Assembly (NCBI GenBank): GCA_016844955.1
Contig: JAERTH010000059.1
Location: 27,124 to 91,123 of the forward strand
From: Fidelibacterota bacterium
GTDB lineage: Bacteria; Fidelibacterota; UBA8477; JABMPR01
Reading direction: 5' to 3'
Length of the DNA: 64,000 nt
Of this stretch, positions 57,527-64,000 are shown piece after piece. The notes below the pieces were generated by a model. The model searched no databases. It was not told the DNA's origin and was given only the letters and a program-made list of their open reading frames with translations. A program made the position numbers and the translations under genes. How positions within the stretch are numbered: the first letter of the stretch is position 1; every line of letters starts with the position of its first letter.

Positions 57527-58297
57527 CTACCTTAATTTGAGATCCCAGGATCTGAGGGTATGCAAATATTCTTTGTTGGTCAGTTCGTAGTGAATGGGAG
57601 TTATGGATACGTACCCATCCCTGACAGCATTTTCATCAAGATCGGGGTCTCGGTTCTTATATAATCGGGTACCCGACAACCAGTAGTAGACCCGCTTGCG
57701 AGGATCCTCCCGGCGTTCAAGAACTTCCTCATAAGTGCCATTTCCCTGGCGGGTAATAAGAAAGTCCTTAAAGGTTTCATATTCGCCTTCAGGAACATTT
57801 ACGTTGAGGAGCGTTCCGCTGTCCAGCCCCTCTTTCAGTATTTTGATAGCCATTTTTTTGGCGACTCTTGCAGCTGCCGTGAAATCTTTCTGTGTGAATG
57901 AATCAAGAGAAATTGCCATAGCAGGGATATCAAGGATGGTGCCTTCATAGGCTGCTGAAACGGTTCCTGAATAAATTATATCCAGTCCTACATTGGCTCC
58001 TTGATTGATCCCTGAGATAACCAAATCGGGTCTGGGTACCAGAGATCCATTTATGGCCAGCTTGACACAATCGGCAGGTGTACCACCAATACCCCATCCG
58101 AAATGGACACCATCTTTAAAAATCTCAGTAACTTTTAGCGGGTCCGAGATGGTGATGGCGTGTCCCATGGCACTCATCTCAAAGATAGGTGCTACAATGT
58201 AAAGCTCTGCAATTTCCGAGAAGATATCAGCCAGGGCAGCTATCCCAGGTGCATTAATACCATCGTCATTTGTCAGTAGAATTTTAGGCTTGGACAT
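57527..58297 (-). CDS. surE: 5'/3'-nucleotidase SurE
   Basis: ILLTNDDGINAPGI and GIN.G.N.G....YSGTV.AA.EG. Confidence 0.92.
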   Translation of the reverse strand: MSKPKILLTNDDGINAPGIAALADIFSEIAELYIVAPIFEMSAMGHAITISDPLKVTEIFKDGVHFGWGIGGTPADCVKLAINGSLVPRPDLVISGINQGANVGLDIIYSGTVSAAYEGTILDIPAMAISLDSFTQKDFTAAARVAKKMAIKILKEGLDSGTLLNVNVPEGEYETFKDFLITRQGNGTYEEVLERREDPRKRVYYWLSGTRLYKNRDPDLDENAVRDGYVSITPIHYELTNKEYLHTLRSWDLKLR

Positions 58298-59135
58298 AGA
58301 GTATATCGAGTATTTCGGAGACCTGATGCTTCAAGTCATCGCGGGGAACAACCATATCTAAAAAACCCTTCTCCAGGAGAAACTCTGCTCTCTGAAAACC
58401 TTCTGGTAGATCAGCGCCGATGGTCTGTTTAATGACCCTGGCACCGGCGAAGCCAATCAAGGCTCCCGGCTCTGCAATATTGATATCACCCAACATGGCA
58501 AAGCTTGCGGTTACGCCTCCAGTTGTCGGATCAGTCATAATGGAGATATAGGGAATTTTTGCATCAGCCAATTGACTTAATTTTGCAGACGTTTTTGCCA
58601 TCTGCATCAGAGACAGGGCACCTTCCATCATACGAGCTCCACCAGACGCCGACACGATTATCAGGGGACATTCTTTGGCTCGAGCTAAATCTGCCGAGCG
58701 GGATAACAATTCTCCAACTGCTGACCCCATGCTGCCACCGATAAAGGAAAAATCCATGACCGAAAGGATCACAGGATTTCCGTTCATGTTTCCTTCAATA
58801 ACCAGAACTGCTTCATTTTGTCCAGTTTTGTGCTGAGCAGCTGCAAGTTGCTCGCTATATTTCTTTTGTGCCTTAAATTTGAGGGGGTCTTTAGATTTGA
58901 TATCCTTAAAATGGTATTGCCGCTCCCCTTCATCAAGCAGGATATCTACATAACTGGAAGCGGGGATGCGGAAGTGATAGCCGCATTTGTAGCACACATT
59001 ATTACTCTGCATCAATTCGGCTTTATACAGGATTTGTCGGCAACTCGGGCATTTGACCCACAGCCCTTCCTGGATATCCTTTTTCTCCGAATTTTCAGTC
59101 TGAATATTTTTTTCTTTGCGTCGAAACCAACTCAT
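58284..59135 (-). CDS. accD: Acetyl-CoA carboxylase carboxyltransferase subunit beta
   Basis: Zn ribbon WVKCPSCRQILY....NNVCYKCGYHFR and FSFIGGSMG. Confidence 0.93.
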   Translation of the reverse strand: MSWFRRKEKNIQTENSEKKDIQEGLWVKCPSCRQILYKAELMQSNNVCYKCGYHFRIPASSYVDILLDEGERQYHFKDIKSKDPLKFKAQKKYSEQLAAAQHKTGQNEAVLVIEGNMNGNPVILSVMDFSFIGGSMGSAVGELLSRSADLARAKECPLIIVSASGGARMMEGALSLMQMAKTSAKLSQLADAKIPYISIMTDPTTGGVTASFAMLGDINIAEPGALIGFAGARVIKQTIGADLPEGFQRAEFLLEKGFLDMVVPRDDLKHQVSEILDILYVQA

Positions 59136-59275
59136 TAATTATCCTTAATAATTTAAAGGTATTTCCACCTTTGACATAATAACCTGCAATGCCATATAGA
59201 CCAATTTGTAATTGATGGAATCACCCTCTGGATCGGTCAATTGATCAAGAGAAATTTTACATCCCTAATACCCAG

Positions 59276-59947
59276 TTAAAATTCTGGCGGGATCCATTTT
59301 TTGGCCTCGTAGTGAGCATTATAAAATGGCTCCAACTCATCTAAATCTGGAGCAGCTTCATTTGACTCTCCAAGGATGGCAACCTGAGCAGCGGAGGCAT
59401 GAATATTGGTGAATTTATCAGCTATCTGCTGTCCCTGATCTGTTTGCAACCAGTCCTGAAATCCGCGGTCAGAGGTACCAAAATAATTGTCGATATCGCT
59501 ATGGAATAGTCCATCCCATGGTCCGTAATTAAACTCTGGAGAGACAATGGGTCTATCATTATTGAGATCATAGTCAGCAAAGTGGACAAAATTTCTATGA
59601 GAAAAGATAACTGCGCGACTCTTCCCGGCAAGGGTTTGGCGTAAACCGTAGGCCATTGCATCGGTTGTAAAGATGGGTATCAGGGGTAGTTCCAGTGCTA
59701 CAGCCAGCGCTTTCATGGTTGCAAGACCAATTCGAAGTCCATTAAAGCTTCCAGGACCAATAGCAACAGCCAGGGCTGTCAGCGGAGTTGTCTGGGATTC
59801 GCAAAACGCCAGGGCTTCTTCCAGAAATGGGGACAATTTTTCAATGTGGATTTGTCCACCACGATCCTCACGTTGAAACAACACGGTCTCCTGGTGAGCA
59901 ACAGCTACAGAGCAAACGACTGAGGATGTATCACAGGCAATAATCAT
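59276..59947 (-). CDS. tsaB: tRNA t6A37 biosynthesis protein TsaB
   Basis: MIIACDTSS, IGPGSFNGLRIG....KALA. Confidence 0.85.
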   Translation of the reverse strand: MIIACDTSSVVCSVAVAHQETVLFQREDRGGQIHIEKLSPFLEEALAFCESQTTPLTALAVAIGPGSFNGLRIGLATMKALAVALELPLIPIFTTDAMAYGLRQTLAGKSRAVIFSHRNFVHFADYDLNNDRPIVSPEFNYGPWDGLFHSDIDNYFGTSDRGFQDWLQTDQGQQIADKFTNIHASAAQVAILGESNEAAPDLDELEPFYNAHYEAKKWIPPEF

Positions 59948-59949
59948 AT

Positions 59950-60438
59950 CTACAAGTCTAGCTTTCGTGGTGAGTTTATCAATATTTCCCGACCGCTTTC
60001 TTCCCCCTCAATAGCCCTGAAACTCAGGCCAAAGGCATCTTCGGGGATAGCACTGGCAACAATATCGGCCCATTCGATAATAATGATTGAGTTGGATTCA
60101 TAGTATTCCCAGATTCCCATGGATATCAATTCTTCACCGGTATTGAGGCGGTAGGCATCTATATGAATTATATCCAATTCCTTGCCATGGTATTCATTGA
60201 TGTAAGTAAAGGTCGGACTGAGGGCATATTCTGTCACTTCATAATGACTGGTTAACCCCTGTGTAAATGTGGTCTTCCCGCTGGCCAGATTGCCAATCAT
60301 GGCCAAAACATCCCCGGCTGACAATTGTGCGGCCAGTTTTTTGGCCACTGCCTGAGTTTCCTCAGGGCTGTGAGTACTTAATCGATAACTATGGGTCATT
60401 TGGGCACCAGATGGGCTAAGGGGATGATCATTTCCCAC
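59950..60438 (-). CDS. tsaE: tRNA t6A37 biosynthesis ATPase TsaE
   Basis: P-loop GNLASGKTTFTQG, SPTFTYINEY and HIDAYRL. The likely start is MTHSYRL at 60399. Confidence 0.88.
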   Translation of the reverse strand: MGNDHPLSPSGAQMTHSYRLSTHSPEETQAVAKKLAAQLSAGDVLAMIGNLASGKTTFTQGLTSHYEVTEYALSPTFTYINEYHGKELDIIHIDAYRLNTGEELISMGIWEYYESNSIIIIEWADIVASAIPEDAFGLSFRAIEGEESGREILINSPRKLDL

Positions 60439-61964
60439 ATACTGAGACCACCGTGTTGGTATGTATCCGCAAATAAGTTCTGGTATTTGCGGTAGTTATT
60501 GGGATAAAGGAAATAATACATTTTCTGAGCAATGGCAAGGGTATCATTCTGGGAGTTCGACGGAATTCGCAAACGTTCGGGATTGTCCAGATACCAGGCA
60601 TCCTTGGTGCTGGGTTTCAGATTGCGTCCCTGTTTAAAGCGTAAATTTGTGGAGGCTTCGCGATCAGCCAGAATCTGTGTGGGTTGTTGTACGCGGACAC
60701 TACCATGGTCAGAAGTAATAATCACATGAAAGCCTAATCTAGCAGCCGTTGCCAGAACATCCTTAATCCAGGAATTGTTGAACCAGGCACGAACGATCTC
60801 ACGATAACTGGCCTCATTGGGTAGAATCTCTCTGAGCAAGGGTGAGTCAGTTCTGCGATGGGCCAGCAGGTCAACTTGATTGACTACGATGGTGACCATT
60901 TTTTGGCTATTCCAGGAGTTAAACTGTTTGGCAAATTGAATGCCCTCACGGTTACCCAGAATTTTTTTATACTTGGCCTCAGGCTTTAAAGTGAGACCAG
61001 ACCGTCTTAAATTTTCCTGTAAAAAGCTGGCTTCATAGCGGTTAAGGCTATGCTCATCAGTCCCCCCCCACCAATCGGGATGAAAGCGTTTCATATCATC
61101 AGGAAAAAGCCCGCTGAATATGGCGTTGCGGCTATACTCAGTTGTAGTGGGTAGCAGGGAAAGATATCCATCGCGCTTTATCTGATAATCATTGTATAGA
61201 AGTGGCTCAAGGGTTAGCCATTGATCCCAGCGCATGCAATCGATAACCAGGAGCAAAACTTTTTGATCTTGTTCAAGAAGTGGCTTGACCGTGTTAGTAA
61301 ACACATCCGGAGACAAGGTGGGACGCTGATCAGGTGAGGCATTCACCCATTGCTCATAATTGGCTTTAATGAAGCGTGTGAACAAATCATTGGCCTCATG
61401 CTGTTGTTGCAAGAGCATTTCATCAAAACCAAGATCTGGGTAATCATCAAGCTCCAACTCCCAGGTTGAGAGTTGATTATGGATATTAATCCATTCCTGG
61501 GGTCCAGGATTGTCCTCGATCTGTATAGCCAGGTCTGCGAAGGCGCGCATATATTTTTCTGAGACGGCATCCTGTTTAATCTGCCTATTCTCGAGAATCT
61601 TCATGATGGCCAGAAGGATTTGCGAGGGGTTCACTGGTTTGGTCAAATAATCAGATATCCGACTTCCAATGGCTTCCTCCATGAGGCGTTCTTCCTCGTT
61701 CTTGGTAATCATAATAATAGGAAGTGCGGGGTGTTCTGTTTTTAAAATAGATAATGTTTCCAGACCATCTTTTCCTGGCATGGTTTCATCTAAAAGCACT
61801 ATATCGAAGCGGGTTTTCTCGCACAGGGCAATTGCATCGTCGCCATTGGTAACAGTCGTAACCTGGAAGCCCTTCCCCTCCAAAAACATAACGTGAGAAC
61901 GGAGCAGATCAATCTCATCATCTGCCCATATTATTTTACCGCGAATTGGTTCAGTTGTATTCAT
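60396..61964 (-). CDS. Response regulator receiver fused to a PglZ/alkaline-phosphatase-superfamily domain (PorX-like)
   Basis: REC: IIWADDEIDLL...DIVLLDETMPGKDG...PIIMITK. The C-terminal PglZ-type segment is LLVIDCMRWDQW...ITSDHGS. Confidence 0.8.
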   Translation of the reverse strand: MNTTEPIRGKIIWADDEIDLLRSHVMFLEGKGFQVTTVTNGDDAIALCEKTRFDIVLLDETMPGKDGLETLSILKTEHPALPIIMITKNEEERLMEEAIGSRISDYLTKPVNPSQILLAIMKILENRQIKQDAVSEKYMRAFADLAIQIEDNPGPQEWINIHNQLSTWELELDDYPDLGFDEMLLQQQHEANDLFTRFIKANYEQWVNASPDQRPTLSPDVFTNTVKPLLEQDQKVLLLVIDCMRWDQWLTLEPLLYNDYQIKRDGYLSLLPTTTEYSRNAIFSGLFPDDMKRFHPDWWGGTDEHSLNRYEASFLQENLRRSGLTLKPEAKYKKILGNREGIQFAKQFNSWNSQKMVTIVVNQVDLLAHRRTDSPLLREILPNEASYREIVRAWFNNSWIKDVLATAARLGFHVIITSDHGSVRVQQPTQILADREASTNLRFKQGRNLKPSTKDAWYLDNPERLRIPSNSQNDTLAIAQKMYYFLYPNNYRKYQNLFADTYQHGGLSMWEMIIPLAHLVPK

Positions 61965-62036
61965 GGCTGCAAAATATGATTAGATCAAGTTGAGCAAACA
62001 TTAATCTCAAGTCTTGGGCTGGTATTTTGGAGATGA

Positions 62037-63995
62037 CTATTTGGAAGTCAGCGTCCAGGATCCATCCCAATCCGCTCCCGGTGGGTTTTCATTGAAAATT
62101 TCGCATCTCTCGATATACACACGACTGGGATTTGTGGGTCGAAATGGGAACATATCTTCAAGTTTATCCGCTTCAATAAAGGCAGCTTTGGCTTCCATCC
62201 ATTTCTGAGAACGATATAACTCCAGACCTTTATTGTAGATCGGGAGTAGTTTTTCATAGGTCGGGCTCAACTCACCTTTTCTGGCTATCAACTCATAGGA
62301 GTATGCGGGTACCGATTTTCCTTTTACAGTAACATAGTCTAGTTCGCGCCAGTGAAATTCATCCTTACAGGCTTCATAAGTCGACTCAAGCACTTGTATG
62401 TATACACCATATTGTTTGGCAGATGCCTCAAAACGTGCTGCAGTATTTACTACATCACCCATCATGGTATAATTCATCCGCATGGCTGACCCCATATTGC
62501 CAGTTACCATATCCCCAGTAGCAATTCCGATTCGGTTCTGCATGTTGTGTACAATATCAGGCCAACGATCTCCCTCTGATTGCCATTTCTTGCGTAGTTT
62601 ATCCAGGCCGTCCTGCATTTCGATTGCTGTGAGACAGGCTCTATATTCATGATTTTCTACGGGAACTGGAGCTCCGTAGAAGGCTACAATTGCATCACCA
62701 ATATACTTGTCCAAGGTACCCTGATTAGCCAGGAGAATATCTGTCATATCAGTAAGGTATTCATTTAGTAGCTCAACAACTTCCTCGGCAGTCAATTTTT
62801 CTGAAAAGGCGGAAAAGCTCTGAATATCGGTAAAGAAGGCGGTATGAATTCCAGCATCACCACCCAATTTGGGCTCTTGTTTCTCTTCATACATCTTATC
62901 GATGAGTTCTGGCGCGATGTAGGTACCGAATGTATCCTTCAGGAAATGCTTATCACGCTGCTCAAGAATGAACTTGTACAGGACATTGCCTACATATGTC
63001 AGGACCATAACGAGCAGGGGTGCAATGATGGGAATAAAATATGATTCACCAGGATTGGGCACATTGATACTCTCTGAGTTGCCTGAGAGCCACTTAAAGA
63101 ACCACAAATGGTCTGTAGTAAACAAGCCGACACTGATACTAAACAAGGCAACCGCTTCCAAACCGATGAGGATGCCCCCCCATAGCGGGTCAAAAAAGGC
63201 GATAATGAGATAGGCAATGAATCCACACAGGAGGATGAGCAGGATATGTTGCGCGGCTGAGTCTGAGGTGAGCTCAATGGTACGACCAAATACCCGAATA
63301 AAATTTTGGTCCAAAAGTGTCTGGGTGGCATTCGCGTGATACTCAAACCCTGGCATGAGTGTAGGGGCCCCGAGGTAATCAAAGAACGCAGTCGATTTGT
63401 AGTCATGGAAGACCTCAACAGACACACCGACCACACAAATCTTATCTTTAAAAGGACTTGCCAGAATTTCCCAGGTTGGATCCATCATGAGCATCATGCT
63501 GTTAAATGTGCCGCTGGAGTCGAACTGCGACATCCAGTCCGTATCTTCATCCGGGACTGGTAGTGCTAAATTTTCTGTATCGATTATCCATGCAAGGGGA
63601 TACCGTTTAAAGGTTTGCCAGGGCTCAGATTGACCAATACGTGCGTGTGAAGCGGGGCCATAAATGTTGGTTAGGAATCCGGGATAATCAGTTCCATAAG
63701 TTGGAATAGTGAGTGGTCCATAGGTGAATTCCCCCTCATCAAAATCATAGGACAAGCCAGGATCATCATCAATACCCAGAAAGTATTTGACGGCCTTCAT
63801 GGCCAGGGAGGGACGCCAGACATCAGGTTCATGGGTCATGGCCCCAAAAACAGGATACCTGCGCGTAAAATGGTCCTTATCTTCATCAATATCGACCAGA
63901 CCGTGATCAGGATTCACTTCCATGATGAATTCATTGGGTGTTACTAAAATTTGGGGGGGTATACTGGACAGTTCAGTCTTGATAGTGGAAGCCAT
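62037..63995 (-). CDS. CHASE2-sensor class III adenylate/guanylate cyclase; possibly N-terminally incomplete at the window edge
   Basis: Extracytoplasmic CHASE2-like region, then three TM helices, then a cyclase core (FFTDIQSFSAFSE, GDAIVAFYGAP, RIGIATGDMVTGNMGS, YTMMGDVVNTAARFE). The frame is still open at base 64000. Confidence 0.8.
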   Translation of the reverse strand: MASTIKTELSSIPPQILVTPNEFIMEVNPDHGLVDIDEDKDHFTRRYPVFGAMTHEPDVWRPSLAMKAVKYFLGIDDDPGLSYDFDEGEFTYGPLTIPTYGTDYPGFLTNIYGPASHARIGQSEPWQTFKRYPLAWIIDTENLALPVPDEDTDWMSQFDSSGTFNSMMLMMDPTWEILASPFKDKICVVGVSVEVFHDYKSTAFFDYLGAPTLMPGFEYHANATQTLLDQNFIRVFGRTIELTSDSAAQHILLILLCGFIAYLIIAFFDPLWGGILIGLEAVALFSISVGLFTTDHLWFFKWLSGNSESINVPNPGESYFIPIIAPLLVMVLTYVGNVLYKFILEQRDKHFLKDTFGTYIAPELIDKMYEEKQEPKLGGDAGIHTAFFTDIQSFSAFSEKLTAEEVVELLNEYLTDMTDILLANQGTLDKYIGDAIVAFYGAPVPVENHEYRACLTAIEMQDGLDKLRKKWQSEGDRWPDIVHNMQNRIGIATGDMVTGNMGSAMRMNYTMMGDVVNTAARFEASAKQYGVYIQVLESTYEACKDEFHWRELDYVTVKGKSVPAYSYELIARKGELSPTYEKLLPIYNKGLELYRSQKWMEAKAAFIEADKLEDMFPFRPTNPSRVYIERCEIFNENPPGADWDGSWTLTSK

Positions 63996-64000
63996 GACAA

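Noticed and set aside
60396-61964. The PglZ domain as evidence for a BREX/PGL phage-defence system.
   Set aside because: The PglZ domain is fused to a receiver domain (PorX-like architecture). No pglX methyltransferase, brxC/pglY ATPase, brxL or other BREX genes lie nearby. The neighbours are tsaE/tsaB and a cyclase.

Overview
This 64 kb window is bacterial chromosome, about 40-45% GC by eye, and almost entirely coding. About 57 of roughly 59 genes lie on the minus strand. Gene content (PorX-like REC-PglZ regulator, BatA-N protein, no obvious Shine-Dalgarno use, LamG/dockerin-like secreted proteins) suggests an FCB-superphylum-like organism, but I cannot verify the taxonomy.

Most of the window is housekeeping:
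- asd
- an ADP-forming acetyl-CoA synthetase / CoA-transferase-GNAT operon
- hflX, rpe, and rsmB-fmt-def-yajC
- rplM-rpsI and rpsB-tsf-pyrH-frr
- holA, uppP, glmS, guaA, surE, accD, tsaB, tsaE

There are two accessory regions.

1. A roughly 4 kb islet sits immediately 3' of a tRNA-Ser(CGA) at bases 79-4159. It is bounded by a 21-bp direct repeat of the tRNA 3' end (20/21 identical). It carries a gene fusing an archaeo-eukaryotic-primase-like domain to an SF2 helicase. That gene is broken by one frameshift and one in-frame amber codon. Convergent with it is an intact YhcG/DUF1016 PDDEXK nuclease gene. No integrase is present.

2. A roughly 19 kb glycan region spans about 25.4-44.9 kb. It contains a four-gene GDP-D-glycero-alpha-D-manno-heptose pathway, then YfhO and a translationally coupled histidine kinase. 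It also holds two tandem LamG proteins ending in a single dockerin-like repeat, and a Wzx-type polysaccharide cluster with a methyltransferase, a putative deacetylase and a putative sulfotransferase.

I found no CRISPR array, rRNA, transposase or integrase. The islet is the best candidate for a poorly described conflict or replication module, but in this genome it appears to be decaying. All product calls rest on motifs read directly from the translations. No database search was possible.
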